Shown: positions 33,298-43,611, counted from the first letter of the stretch. The stretch is DNA of 64,000 nucleotides from Prochlorococcus sp. AG-402-P18 (GCA_003216275.1 QCJC01000001.1:192787-256786); one strand, 5' to 3'. Notes: generated by a model not told the origin, from the sequence alone. Numbers and translations are program-made.

Positions 33298-34185
33298 ATG
33301 GATAATCTTTTATCTATTAAACCTCTGAATGATGCTGATATAGATTTTGTTACCGAGATATCACGCCAAGAGGGCTTTGCTCCAGGAATCGGTGATTTAG
33401 GAATTTATCAAAATACCGATAAACAAGGGCTTTGGGTCGGGTGGTTTAATGATGATCCTATTGGATGTATCGCCGGTGTTAGATATAACAACAATTACGG
33501 ATTTCTTGGTTTATTTTTAGTCATAGAGAAGTTTCGAGGAAGAGGCTTTGGGTTGCAGCTTTGGAAAAAAGCTTTCAGTCATCTAAGTGATTTACCCTGC
33601 GTTGGATTAGAGGCTGCACCTGAGAGGGTTTCCGATTATTCAAAATGGGGCTTTACCATTTCTTCAAAAACAACTAGATGGCAGTGGTTAGGTGATGGGA
33701 AATTACTAGAAGAAAAACTGAGTAGTGATGATTTAAATAATTTCAGCTTTCTTGAAGGATCATCAATACCATCAAATGCCGTAGAAAAATTTGATGAGAA
33801 AAGAGAGACTACACCAAGGCCTCATTTTCTCTCGAATTGGCTAAATCATCCAGCGGGAAAAGTCATTGCTATCATTGACAATTTAGGTGAATGTCATGGA
33901 TTTGGTCGAATAAGGCCATGTCTTTTACAAAGTGGAGATGGATGGAGAATTGGACCTTTAATGGCAGATAATCCTATGCTTATAAAAATTTTATTGAAGA
34001 AACTAATTTTCAGTCATCCTGGATTGATAATTATCGATGCTCCTGGACTAAATAAATCCGCTTCCGAGTTGTTTAAGGATTTAGGTTTCGAGCCAGAATC
34101 CGAAACTTATAGGATGTATCGGGGATATCAACCCCCTGTATCTATGAAAGATGTATATGGTTTGGCTTGCCTGGAATTAGGTTAG
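33298..34185 (+). CDS. GNAT family N-acetyltransferase (two-domain)
   Basis: GLFLV...RGRGFG, YSKWGF, RIGPLMAD; start reassigned to MDNLL. Confidence 0.85.
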   Translation: MDNLLSIKPLNDADIDFVTEISRQEGFAPGIGDLGIYQNTDKQGLWVGWFNDDPIGCIAGVRYNNNYGFLGLFLVIEKFRGRGFGLQLWKKAFSHLSDLPCVGLEAAPERVSDYSKWGFTISSKTTRWQWLGDGKLLEEKLSSDDLNNFSFLEGSSIPSNAVEKFDEKRETTPRPHFLSNWLNHPAGKVIAIIDNLGECHGFGRIRPCLLQSGDGWRIGPLMADNPMLIKILLKKLIFSHPGLIIIDAPGLNKSASELFKDLGFEPESETYRMYRGYQPPVSMKDVYGLACLELG

Positions 34186-34197
34186 GTTTTTCTTCTT

Positions 34198-34401
34198 TCA
34201 TCTATTTGAATTTAATTTTTCTCTGTGTATTTGCTTCTCGTTGTTTAATTGAGACTCTAATTGATCAATAAGTGCAGTAACTAGCGTTTGAAATTCTGGC
34301 TGGCAACCTCGAAAGGCAGCCTTGTGCCTTATTGACTCGTTTCTTGTCCTTAGATCGGTAAGCATTAACTGCAACGCATCAATTTTAGCGTTGGTATTCA
34401 T
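34198..34401 (-). CDS. Conserved hypothetical protein
   Basis: LMLTDLRTRNESIRHKAAFRGCQPEFQ motif of a small picocyanobacterial family (recalled). Confidence 0.7.
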   Translation of the reverse strand: MNTNAKIDALQLMLTDLRTRNESIRHKAAFRGCQPEFQTLVTALIDQLESQLNNEKQIHREKLNSNR

Positions 34402-34422
34402 AATAAATTTAAGATTTTACAG

Positions 34423-35106
34423 TTAAATATTAAACGTCTTTATTGCCTTACTCATATTTGTTTTGGGATTTTCTTCGTTACTAGTAATCTCGATGATTTT
34501 TTTGATTGAATCTTTTGTTTTTAATGCCTCTATACAGCTTTTTGCAACAAGTCTTCTAGGGATTGAGCCTTCTTCTTGAGTCTTTTCTCCTGAGAACAAA
34601 ATATTTTCATTTTTTAATTTATCTTCATTTTCGTTTAAACCTCCTGGACGCAATACTGTCCAATCCAGCCCACTTTTTTGTAATGCTATTTCGCCCAACC
34701 TTTTCCATAAAAGTATAAGACCGAATAGGTTTAGAGGGTGTATCAATTTGCCTGCACAAAGTGAACTTACAAGTACAACCCTTTTCAAATTTTGTCTTTT
34801 ACAACTTTCAACTTGTTTTTGGATATTTAGATAATCCACTTTCGCTGGACCTGTTAAATCGATAGAAGGTCTCGCACCAGTTGCAATGATCAAACTTTCA
34901 CAACCTTTTAACGCATAGTCAAGACTGACACCATTGCTATTTCCCAAGACGTATGTTTCACACCCTTTGATCGAATCAGGAAGCTTAGATTGAGTTCTAA
35001 TTATCAATCTCACCTGATATCCAGCTGAGATAGCTTCCTCTGCCACTCGGTAACCTGTTTTTCCAGAGGCTCCTGTTATTGCTACTTTCATTAGAGTAAA
35101 AAACAT
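34423..35106 (-). CDS. NAD(P)-binding Rossmann/SDR protein (NmrA/Tic62-like)
   Basis: GASGKTG, VLVSSL, WTVLRPGGL. Confidence 0.85.
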   Translation of the reverse strand: MFFTLMKVAITGASGKTGYRVAEEAISAGYQVRLIIRTQSKLPDSIKGCETYVLGNSNGVSLDYALKGCESLIIATGARPSIDLTGPAKVDYLNIQKQVESCKRQNLKRVVLVSSLCAGKLIHPLNLFGLILLWKRLGEIALQKSGLDWTVLRPGGLNENEDKLKNENILFSGEKTQEEGSIPRRLVAKSCIEALKTKDSIKKIIEITSNEENPKTNMSKAIKTFNI

Positions 35107-35170
35107 TTAGATATATCTTCTAGCAAAAAACAGTACTTTTTGTTGAGATACTAAAAATAATTGATTATTA

Positions 35171-35824
35171 TTAAGCCTTTATACAAATTACTGGTTTATT
35201 CCTTGTTGGATAAAGTTCCTTACATAATTTACATATGGTTCCATCACATCCTCTTGCTGAGCAATAATCTCTTCCATAATAAATAATTTGTAAATGTAAT
35301 TTATTCCATAGATTTTCTGGAAATAATCTTTTTAGATCTCTCTCTGTTTGTATAACACTTTTCCCAGAAGTTAAGCCCCATCTTTGAGATAATCTATGAA
35401 TATGTGTATCAACAGGAAATGCGGGCACACCAAATGCCTGAGACATTACTACACTTGCTGTCTTATGACCCACGCCAGGTAAAGACTCCAATTCTTCAAA
35501 GGATCTTGGTATTAAATTGTTGTATTTTTTAAAGATAATTCTTGACAAATTATATGTATTTTCTGCTTTTCTTTTTGCAAGTCCCAGTTGTCTTATGTGA
35601 TTATATATTTCCTTCTCACCTAATTCATACATTTCCTTTGGAGATTGTGCAAGCTTAAAAAGATCTTTAGTCAATTCATTGACTTTCTTATCAGTAGATT
35701 GGGCACTCAGTAGAACTGCAATTAGTAATGTAAAGTCATTTTGATGATCTAAAGGTATAGATGTCTCAGGATATAATTCTTCAAGTCGCTTAATTATTAT
35801 TTTTGCTCTTTCAACTTTTTTCAT
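35171..35824 (-). CDS. nth: Endonuclease III
   Basis: LLSAQSTD, HhH LPGVGHKTA, VDTHIHR, C-terminal Cys cluster. Confidence 0.95.
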   Translation of the reverse strand: MKKVERAKIIIKRLEELYPETSIPLDHQNDFTLLIAVLLSAQSTDKKVNELTKDLFKLAQSPKEMYELGEKEIYNHIRQLGLAKRKAENTYNLSRIIFKKYNNLIPRSFEELESLPGVGHKTASVVMSQAFGVPAFPVDTHIHRLSQRWGLTSGKSVIQTERDLKRLFPENLWNKLHLQIIYYGRDYCSARGCDGTICKLCKELYPTRNKPVICIKA

Positions 35825-36009
35825 TGAGATACCATTTATTTTTGACTTTTAAATGTACTTAATTGGAAATCTATGGGATACTTTAAAAAAGTAAAGGCAG
35901 CAAATGTAGCATTTTATACTCCAACAAGTAATTTATGTCCATAGGATTTTGTTTTTTTTCATAATTAACTTTAATTGAATTCTAATGAATAGAATAAACA
36001 AAAATAGTT

Positions 36010-37071
36010 TTGGTAAAGACTGAGCTTAAGGTTGAAAAATTATCGCATGCTTTTAAGCCCATTAAAAAAAACAATTGGGTGTTAAAGGACATTAATATTA
36101 CTCTAAATGAAGGTGAATTGATTGGACTACTAGGACCATCTGGATGTGGAAAAACAACCCTTTTAAGATTAATTGCTGGTTTTGATAAGCCAACTAGTGG
36201 CCTAATAAAAAAAAATGGGGAAATAATTTCAGATAATAATTTTCTTCTCCCACCAGAGAAAAGGCAAATTGGTATGGTTTTTCAAGATTATGCTCTTTTC
36301 CCCCATTTAAATGTTTGGGATAATGTTTGCTTTGGTATAAACAAAAAAAAACCTGCTATTGAGAGAGCTAATTGGCTTTTAAGTTTATTAGGCATTTACC
36401 ATTTAAAGAATAGATATCCACATGAACTTTCAGGTGGACAGAGTCAAAGAGTTGCATTTGCAAGAGCTCTCGCTCCAGGAACTTCATTAGTCTTATTGGA
36501 CGAACCTTTTTGTTCTTTAGATGTTGAGGTTAGGGCAAGGCTAAGATCAGAACTCTCTTCGGTTTTGAAATCTTGCTCGGCCTCTGCAATATTAGTGACG
36601 CATGATCCTAATGAAGCATTAGCTATTTGTGATCGAGTTGCTGTTATGAGAGATGGAGAAATTCAGCAATATTCAAAGCCTTCAAATATTGTCTTAAACC
36701 CTTCTAATGTTTTTGTAGGTCAATTTGTTTTGCAAAAGAATATTTTACCCATTCATTTATTAGATCAATCTTATTCTATTTGTATTGGAAAATTGAATAT
36801 TCCACTTGAGATAGTTATCTCAGAGAAATCTGTTTGCATATTTGATAAAAAGTCTATTTGTATTGAACCTTCTTTAAGTGGCCTTTTTACTATTATAGCA
36901 AAAGAATATCGTATAAATTGTTATGTTTTTATTGTTATTCTTGATGATTTAAAAGTTATTGTCGAATCAACATTGGAAACAACATTAGGTATTGGGGACA
37001 AGTGTACAATAAAATTCATAATAGGAGAGGAATATTTAATTCTTCCTGAAAAAATTCGGTCAAAATTTTGA
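36010..37071 (+). CDS. futC: Fe3+ ABC transporter ATP-binding subunit
   Basis: GPSGCGKTT, FQDYALFPHL, LSGGQSQR, LLDEPF; adjacent to ferritin. Confidence 0.8.
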   Translation: MVKTELKVEKLSHAFKPIKKNNWVLKDINITLNEGELIGLLGPSGCGKTTLLRLIAGFDKPTSGLIKKNGEIISDNNFLLPPEKRQIGMVFQDYALFPHLNVWDNVCFGINKKKPAIERANWLLSLLGIYHLKNRYPHELSGGQSQRVAFARALAPGTSLVLLDEPFCSLDVEVRARLRSELSSVLKSCSASAILVTHDPNEALAICDRVAVMRDGEIQQYSKPSNIVLNPSNVFVGQFVLQKNILPIHLLDQSYSICIGKLNIPLEIVISEKSVCIFDKKSICIEPSLSGLFTIIAKEYRINCYVFIVILDDLKVIVESTLETTLGIGDKCTIKFIIGEEYLILPEKIRSKF

Positions 37072-37108
37072 TAATTTAAATTATTTTATAAGATAATTTT
37101 TGAGCAAT

Positions 37109-37123
37109 TGAGATTCATTATCA
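37109..37123. promoter_or_regulatory. Fur-box-like 7-1-7 element upstream of ferritin
   Basis: TGAGATT-C-ATTATCA vs TGATAAT-N-ATTATCA consensus; ~115 bp upstream of the ATG. Confidence 0.55.
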
Positions 37124-37236
37124 AGTAAATAAATCTTAAAATTGAATTTAATAGCAACAAAATGATACAAAAAGAGTTATCATTTATTCGAACAAAAAAT
37201 TAGTTTTTGCGTTCTTTGGCCTAGCTTTTTTTTGTT

Positions 37237-37785
37237 ATGCAATCAGCTACATCTCGCACTATTGGACTAAATATGGGGCCTTCTGGTCGTGCCATCGCTC
37301 AACCGATGGATGTCGATCTACTTGAAGCCCTATATCAACATACGTCACTTGAAAGGGTATCAAGTGCTCAATACCTTGCTATGTCACTTTGGTTCTTAGA
37401 AAGAGAACTTCGAGGTTTTTCTGCCTTTTTTAAAAAAGAGTCTTTATCTGAGCAGGAACATGGTTTTAATTTTGCTAAATATATAATTGCTAGAGGTCAA
37501 AGTGTTTTCCTTGACGAAGTTACTAAGCCTATTCAGGAGTGGAGCAATGTTGAGGAATTAATAACTTTGTCTTTTCAAATGGAGGCAGATGTTACATCTT
37601 CCGTTCAACAATTATATTCAATGGCAGAAAGATTAAATGATACTCGCACTACTGTATTCCTAGACCCAGTAATCGATGAACAAATTAAAGCTGAAGATGA
37701 AATGGCTTACTTACTTGGTAAAATTAAGTTTGCTAATAATGATCCCTCAGCATTATTAATTATAGATAACGAACTAAACATTTAA
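37237..37785 (+). CDS. ftn: Non-heme ferritin
   Basis: Ferroxidase residues: ERVSSAQYL, ESLSEQEH, EADVT, FLDPVIDEQIKAEDE. Confidence 0.92.
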   Translation: MQSATSRTIGLNMGPSGRAIAQPMDVDLLEALYQHTSLERVSSAQYLAMSLWFLERELRGFSAFFKKESLSEQEHGFNFAKYIIARGQSVFLDEVTKPIQEWSNVEELITLSFQMEADVTSSVQQLYSMAERLNDTRTTVFLDPVIDEQIKAEDEMAYLLGKIKFANNDPSALLIIDNELNI

Positions 37786-37802
37786 TTATTGATAAATTAT
37801 AT

Positions 37803-38084
37803 TTAGATCTGTTGAAATGATATAGACCTTCTTGTGATCTCTAAGAAAAATTCAAATGATAAATTATCTTGATTTTTCTGAAATAAGCTTTGTGAAATAT
37901 TAGCTATTTTTAGTTTATACGAATCTAATTTAGTTAATTCTGACTTTAATCTTTTTGATAAAAGTTTATTTTGGCAATATTTGAGGGAATAATTTATCAT
38001 TTTCGATCTGCTTTTTATATACTCAATCTCTTTGCAAAGCGTTAACGTAAGTGATTCAGAGTAAGAATATATCTTCTTTTTCAT
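37803..38084 (-). CDS. Hypothetical protein
   Basis: 93-aa ORF immediately downstream of the Crp-family gene. Confidence 0.55.
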   Translation of the reverse strand: MKKKIYSYSESLTLTLCKEIEYIKSRSKMINYSLKYCQNKLLSKRLKSELTKLDSYKLKIANISQSLFQKNQDNLSFEFFLEITRRSISFQQI

Positions 38085-38089
38085 TTTTA

Positions 38090-38698
38090 TCAGGCTGTTA
38101 AAGGTGCTGTCTCAATAAAATCTGGTGAGAGACTTAATGTTGGCTCACCTGATGGTGCTTTAAGTAAATCTGCTGATCTTAGTCTTGAAATTAATCGAGT
38201 TGAAGTAACTCTTGTAGAACCAATAAGTTCTCCGATTCTTTCATGAGTGAGCCTAAAGGGTAATTGACACCAATCACCACATCTTCTACCCAATCGATTA
38301 ACTAATAAAGCAAATAGAGCTTGTAGCCTTTGCTCCGCATTTCCTAAATGTCTGATCCTAAGCAGCTGAAGTGTCCATTCATTAACTGCGTCATACCCTC
38401 CAGCTTGATCTGTCGTCTCAGCATCACTTCTGAAGCAAAGAGGGGTTAGAGCCTCTACACATACTCCCTCGCTACATAAGCGATCTGTTCTTAATTGATC
38501 CCCTGATTGAAGGAAAGCTAGTGTCATTCCTTCTGTCTCTTCGCAAGGGCAATAGACTCTTGCTATTCCGTCTATAACCTCTAGGCAAGAATCGCCCCTT
38601 CTAGAGGATGGATCGATTAGGACAGATTGACCTGTAGCCATTCTTACGGCTGCCGTGGGTGTATCTGTGAAGCTTCTAAAGCTCATTGAACATATCAA
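38090..38698 (-). CDS. Crp/Fnr family transcriptional regulator (IdiB-like)
   Basis: C-terminal HTH LTHERIGELIGSTRVTSTRLISRL; Cys-rich N-domain. Confidence 0.88.
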   Translation of the reverse strand: MICSMSFRSFTDTPTAAVRMATGQSVLIDPSSRRGDSCLEVIDGIARVYCPCEETEGMTLAFLQSGDQLRTDRLCSEGVCVEALTPLCFRSDAETTDQAGGYDAVNEWTLQLLRIRHLGNAEQRLQALFALLVNRLGRRCGDWCQLPFRLTHERIGELIGSTRVTSTRLISRLRSADLLKAPSGEPTLSLSPDFIETAPLTA

Positions 38699-38741
38699 AA
38701 GCTTGATTTGAATACTAATTTACACAAAAAATGAGTCTTTT

Positions 38742-38756
38742 TGCAACCGATTCTCA
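38742..38756. promoter_or_regulatory. Fur-box-like element upstream of the Crp-family gene
   Basis: TGCAACC-G-ATTCTCA, 44 nt upstream of the start. Confidence 0.45.
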
Positions 38757-38910
38757 ATAGCAACAAGCTTTTGAGAGTAGGTTCAACTTTTTTACGCCAT
38801 CATGTATAAAAAATCACACTTATAAGCTCAGATTGTATATTTTCTATTTTTTTCGTGAGATAACTGTGACATTAGTGTGAATAGATTTTTGCTTGCCACA
38901 AGAAATTCTC

Positions 38911-38940
38911 AAAAAAAAAAGACCGCATAGCGGCCTTTTT
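38911..38940 (-). terminator. Intrinsic terminator downstream of pcb
   Basis: Minus strand GGCCGC-UAU-GCGGUC followed by a long U run. Confidence 0.8.
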
Positions 38941-38979
38941 TATATTCACTAGTTTGTGAATTGGTTTATTAGGTATTAA

Positions 38980-40038
38980 TCAACCGTTGGTGATTTTTGC
39001 GTTTTCCATATTGTCGAACGCTTTACCTACGCGTCTGAAGTCAAATCCCATCGCTCTTAAAGCATGCCAGAGGTGACCCTGAATGAAGAAGAAGCCAAGA
39101 TAGAAATGGACATTAGCCAACCAAGCTCTTGCTGTATGAGCACCAGTTGCAAGCGATGCATCGGTGTCTACAAAATAAGGAGCGAAATCAAACTTAAGTT
39201 GAAGTACATCTCCAAAGAATTCTGGTGAGTAAACAGTTGTGTTTGTTGAACTCCAGAATGCAGCAACAAGCGCACAGTAACCAACACCAGCAAGGGAGTA
39301 AGAAAGAACAGCTTCAGCTGAAAGAAGTCCTTTACCCTTGAATTCGGTGTACTCACCAAATTGCTTGGTAACAATGTGGAATGCACCACCAATTATTTGG
39401 AAAAATGCTAGGAAAGCATGGCCACCCATAACATCTTCCAAGTTAGAAATTTGAAGGAAATCAGCTTGATGATTCCATATCATTCCTAAGTCTAGGTTGT
39501 AGCTAACTGTGCGGGTAGCTCCTAGTGCACTGTCCCAAATTCCATGATATTGAGCCCATTCAACGAATTGAATATTAGCTAAACCTAGGAAAATAAGGTG
39601 GTGTCCAAGGATAAAGGTAAGTTTGTCTGGATCATCCCACTCGAAGTCAAACTTTTTAGGACGACTTCCTTCTGGATAATTTCCAAGATCTCCGTCATAT
39701 CTTGTTGAGTGGAGTATTCCTCCAGCACCTAGCACACCAGAGAAAATCAGGTGAAGTACTGCAATAACAGTGCAGCCATAAGGCTCAGTAATTACACCGT
39801 TTTCAATTCCACCTATTCCAAGTTGAGCAAGGTGAGGCAAGCAGATTAAGTTTTGATTACCCATCGCAACGGATGAGTCGTAACGAGCTAGCTCAAATAA
39901 AGTGAACGCACCTGCCCAGAACATCATCAAACCAGCATGGGCAGCATGCGCAGCGATGAATTTTCCGGAGCGATTGGCCGTCCCTGAATTACCCGCGTAC
40001 CAGTCATAGGTAACGTTGGGGTTCCCGTAGGTCTGCAC
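38980..40038 (-). CDS. pcb: Pcb chlorophyll a/b-binding antenna protein (IsiA/CP43 family)
   Basis: MQTYGNP, AAHAAHAGL, ILGHHL, GHLWHALRA; GTG start. Confidence 0.95.
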   Translation of the reverse strand: MQTYGNPNVTYDWYAGNSGTANRSGKFIAAHAAHAGLMMFWAGAFTLFELARYDSSVAMGNQNLICLPHLAQLGIGGIENGVITEPYGCTVIAVLHLIFSGVLGAGGILHSTRYDGDLGNYPEGSRPKKFDFEWDDPDKLTFILGHHLIFLGLANIQFVEWAQYHGIWDSALGATRTVSYNLDLGMIWNHQADFLQISNLEDVMGGHAFLAFFQIIGGAFHIVTKQFGEYTEFKGKGLLSAEAVLSYSLAGVGYCALVAAFWSSTNTTVYSPEFFGDVLQLKFDFAPYFVDTDASLATGAHTARAWLANVHFYLGFFFIQGHLWHALRAMGFDFRRVGKAFDNMENAKITNG

Positions 40039-40275
40039 GAGAAATAAACAAAGAACAGTAAGAGGATATATTTAGAGCTCTATAAGTTCCATATCCCTTC
40101 ACATTGCTTATTGAAATTGTAGGTTTTGTACATATTTCATGATCATCTGCTACTTAATTAGATCTTCATGATATAGGTGCATTTATATAGTAAAAGCTAA
40201 TACTTGACTGGTTTTTAGGCTTTCAGACCTGAAGCGAAGCCATATTTAAGTGTTCATCTTTGTTATTTTGAAAAC

Positions 40276-41016
40276 ATGTCTTTTAAAATTATGAATTATA
40301 AAAATATCCTTAATGAGTATTTTGATATTGAGAGAACTTTCCATTCAAGAAGGAAGTTGTTAATTGTTTTATTGGGATGTTTTGCTGATTTTGATAGCTT
40401 TGAGTACTGTCAAGAATTATCGTCACAAGTAAAAAAATTATCAAAACATTCAATCGATTTGATAATTATAGGAATAGGGAATGAAAAGTCTAAAGAATTC
40501 TTTTGCAGGTTTAATGAAATTGATATTCAAAAAGTTGTTGCAGTAAGAGACTCTGAGATACATAAAAGATTAAATTTAAACAGCGGACTTGCATTGCCAA
40601 TTCCAGCTATTTTGAATTTATTGATCATGTGTACTGGAATAAATTCCAGAGGAACGATTAAAGAGGTTTTAAGAGGATATTGGGGAGATAGTAAAGCTAA
40701 GAATATATTTCAATCAGATGAGGAAATAAAAATAGGGCGGCTTTTTAAATTAAAAGGAGAAATGTTTGAGACTTTTTCTAAAAAAGATATATTAAGACCT
40801 TTTGAATTGGCTACTAGAAGACTTTTAAATATGATTGAAATTCTTTCTAATTGGAGCATTTATACACCTAATCCATCATTCTTAACCCAAAGAGGGGCAA
40901 CAATATTGATAAATGAAGAAGATGAAGTTATTTATAAATTTAAATCGAATAGTCTTTTAGGTTATTCTAAAAATATGAGTACACCGTTATCCTTTCTAGA
41001 CGATTTTTTATTGTGA
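40276..41016 (+). CDS. AhpC/TSA-like (peroxiredoxin-like 2) family protein
   Basis: ADFDSFEY, RPFELATRRL, LTQRGAT motifs. Confidence 0.7.
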   Translation: MSFKIMNYKNILNEYFDIERTFHSRRKLLIVLLGCFADFDSFEYCQELSSQVKKLSKHSIDLIIIGIGNEKSKEFFCRFNEIDIQKVVAVRDSEIHKRLNLNSGLALPIPAILNLLIMCTGINSRGTIKEVLRGYWGDSKAKNIFQSDEEIKIGRLFKLKGEMFETFSKKDILRPFELATRRLLNMIEILSNWSIYTPNPSFLTQRGATILINEEDEVIYKFKSNSLLGYSKNMSTPLSFLDDFLL

Positions 41017-41026
41017 CGGAATTTTA

Positions 41027-41242
41027 ATGAGTAGAAATCGATGCTTTGTTTGTGGAGGCTTTAATTTCAGAGCTGATCGTGCATTGTCAGGCAGATTAGT
41101 TTGTACCTCTTGTGGTAATCCTTATGGAGTTAGAAGGACAAGTAGAAAAAGAATAAATAATTATAATTTGTTTCTAATTGATTCTAAAAAGTTGTTTTTT
41201 ATATTTCTATCAATAATTGTATTACTTATTGCTATTATTTAA
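41027..41242 (+). CDS. Small zinc-ribbon membrane protein
   Basis: CFVCG...CTSCG plus C-terminal TM. Confidence 0.65.
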   Translation: MSRNRCFVCGGFNFRADRALSGRLVCTSCGNPYGVRRTSRKRINNYNLFLIDSKKLFFIFLSIIVLLIAII

Positions 41243-42051
41243 TTATCTAATGGAATAGATCGCCAATAATTTCCTTGCTTTATAACTTTTATAGATATAT
41301 TGTAGAGATTGCTTAAAATTTCTGAAGTTAAAAGATTCTCTGGAGTTCCATCCCTAATTATTTTACCATTCTTTATTAAAAGAACTCGATTAGTTTGAGG
41401 TAGTATTGATTCTAAACTATGTGTCACATAAATTATATTTACTGATTTATTGTTTAACCTTTCTAGAATTTTATTAAAGATGGAATTTGATTTAATATCT
41501 AAATTACTAAAAGGCTCATCGAGTACCAATATTTCAGGCTCATATACAAGAGCCCTAGCCAATAGAGACCTTCTTTTTTGACCTTCAGATAATAAATGAA
41601 AGTCTTCATTCCTAATATCCTCAAGATTTAATTCAACTAACAACCTTTCAATTCTATTAATATTTTCTTCTGATAAAAATCTAGAATTACTTGAATTAAA
41701 TGTACCAGTAAAGCCAGATCCTATTAAATCATATAATGAGACCTTACTATTTACTCTTTCTTCCATTTCCCTGAATAAGAAACCTACTCTTCTTCTTAAA
41801 TCCCATATATTAATATTTTCCTTGTTAAATAGCTTAATTGAGCTTTTTCCTGATTCGACTGGGTATATTGATCTATTTATTAATCTAAGAAAAGTAGTCT
41901 TACCAGAACCATTTGGCCCTAAAATTACAATATTCTCACCAAACTTTATATGGATACTTATGTTGCTTAGTATTTGTCTCTTCCCTACCCAAACATTTAA
42001 GTTTTTAAAACTAGCCCATGTAATAGAATCTTCTTTTTTCTTATTCTCCAT
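41239..42051 (-). CDS. ABC transporter ATP-binding protein (ModF-like)
   Basis: GPNGSGKTT, LSEGQKRR, LDEPF, VTH. Confidence 0.88.
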   Translation of the reverse strand: MENKKKEDSITWASFKNLNVWVGKRQILSNISIHIKFGENIVILGPNGSGKTTFLRLINRSIYPVESGKSSIKLFNKENINIWDLRRRVGFLFREMEERVNSKVSLYDLIGSGFTGTFNSSNSRFLSEENINRIERLLVELNLEDIRNEDFHLLSEGQKRRSLLARALVYEPEILVLDEPFSNLDIKSNSIFNKILERLNNKSVNIIYVTHSLESILPQTNRVLLIKNGKIIRDGTPENLLTSEILSNLYNISIKVIKQGNYWRSIPLDN

Positions 42052-42082
42052 TTACAGTATTTTTGAGCAAAATCTTAAGGGA

Positions 42083-43420
42083 TTATATTAAAATTAGGAT
42101 CAGACTTATAGGAAATAATAATCTTAATAATAACTTAATTAAGATTATTCTGTTGTTTTTAATAGCCATATTTGGATTCTCTGGTGGGTATAGCATTCCT
42201 CTATCATCATGAACAGAATTAGTTAGTGAATTAGTAGGATGCAAATCCCATGGCTTTTCTTTGTTTAATGCATTTTGTAGCCAGTCCCAGTAATATTGAA
42301 CCATTTTATCTTCTCCCAATAATTTAACATTATCTTTTTGGATATAACCCATTTGTTCATTAAATGTTTGTGTCTTTAAGACTAAATAATCTTCAGAGAA
42401 TATTTTATAGAATGTTTTACGCTGCAAATGGCTAAATAAAACAAGGCTGGTAAATAATTTATTTTTTAGGAATTTTCTATAATGTCTTACTATAACTCTT
42501 GCCTTATTATTTCCTAGTGGGATATGATCCAAAACTTGTATATATCGAGTACTTTCAGGTGAACCTTTATATATAAAGATTCTGCCAGGAGGTACAAACT
42601 TTATTCTGATAAACTCTTCTTGGCCATTTGTTTTATATGAATATATACTCTCTAATTGCCTATTATCCCTTTTTATTTTTTGATTGAAACTTGTTATTGT
42701 ATTTCTATTTACGTTTTTGTCTGGAATTGTATCTCCATGCATCCAAAATACATGTAATATATCAAGGTGATTTTCAATAATTCTTGCCCAGTCTGCTTTA
42801 AAATCAACATATACTTCCTCATACTCATATTCCAAAGAAGGAAATCCGTATGAGTCTGGAAGTAAACTATTTAACGAGGATTTAATTTGAAAGTCTTCAA
42901 TATTAGCAAGAGGTGTTCCTGTATAATAAATATAAATATACCCTTCTTTCTCTATACATGGATATTGAAGTAGCTTAATACTTTTTGCGTAATTATCGTA
43001 ATTCGAGTCAATAATATGTTCACAAGTGATCCTATCTAGGTTAGTGCAATTGCCTTGAGATGAAAATCTTGCTCCATGATAAGGACAAACAAGTTGTCCG
43101 TTTATTACTTCACCTCCTAAGAATGACGCTCCTCTATGAGGGCATACATCTTTTACACATCGCACTATATCTTCCCTGTCTCGATATAAAACAAGTGGTT
43201 CATTATAGAGTGTGAAGAAATATGGTTTGCCTTGCTTTATCGAATCGCTTCCAGAGACTGAATACCAACCTAATAATCCATTTGATAGTTGATTTGATGG
43301 CTTTGAAGCAGTATTTTCGAGCTCATTTAAATTTTTATTCTCATTAAAATTAGATCTAATGAGATTAGTAGTCTCATATTCAAATGATTTATTAATTTTT
43401 TCTTCTTTTTCTTCGTTCAT
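42083..43420 (-). CDS. cao: Rieske non-heme oxygenase, Prochlorococcus-type chlorophyllide a oxygenase
   Basis: Rieske CPHRG...CPYHG; mononuclear Fe ENHLDILHVFWMH; position near ferritin matches the known Prochlorococcus cao locus (recalled). Confidence 0.75.
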   Translation of the reverse strand: MNEEKEEKINKSFEYETTNLIRSNFNENKNLNELENTASKPSNQLSNGLLGWYSVSGSDSIKQGKPYFFTLYNEPLVLYRDREDIVRCVKDVCPHRGASFLGGEVINGQLVCPYHGARFSSQGNCTNLDRITCEHIIDSNYDNYAKSIKLLQYPCIEKEGYIYIYYTGTPLANIEDFQIKSSLNSLLPDSYGFPSLEYEYEEVYVDFKADWARIIENHLDILHVFWMHGDTIPDKNVNRNTITSFNQKIKRDNRQLESIYSYKTNGQEEFIRIKFVPPGRIFIYKGSPESTRYIQVLDHIPLGNNKARVIVRHYRKFLKNKLFTSLVLFSHLQRKTFYKIFSEDYLVLKTQTFNEQMGYIQKDNVKLLGEDKMVQYYWDWLQNALNKEKPWDLHPTNSLTNSVHDDRGMLYPPENPNMAIKNNRIILIKLLLRLLFPISLILILI

Positions 43421-43611
43421 AGACCAACAGCACTTTTATTGAGATGAAAATTGTCTCATTAAAAGAGTATTCTCCTGAATTGATAAATACTAAAAAAAAA
43501 TAGCACCTAATGCCTTCTAGAATCGATTAAATTTACATAAAAAAACTTGTATCTTGATTAGTTCATCTAGATACCGCTTCCATGGCTATTATGTCTTCTG
43601 AACCTATTTGC

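Noticed and set aside
40118-40132. NtcA site upstream of pcb (TGTA-N7-TACA)
   Set aside because: Wrong spacing (N7)
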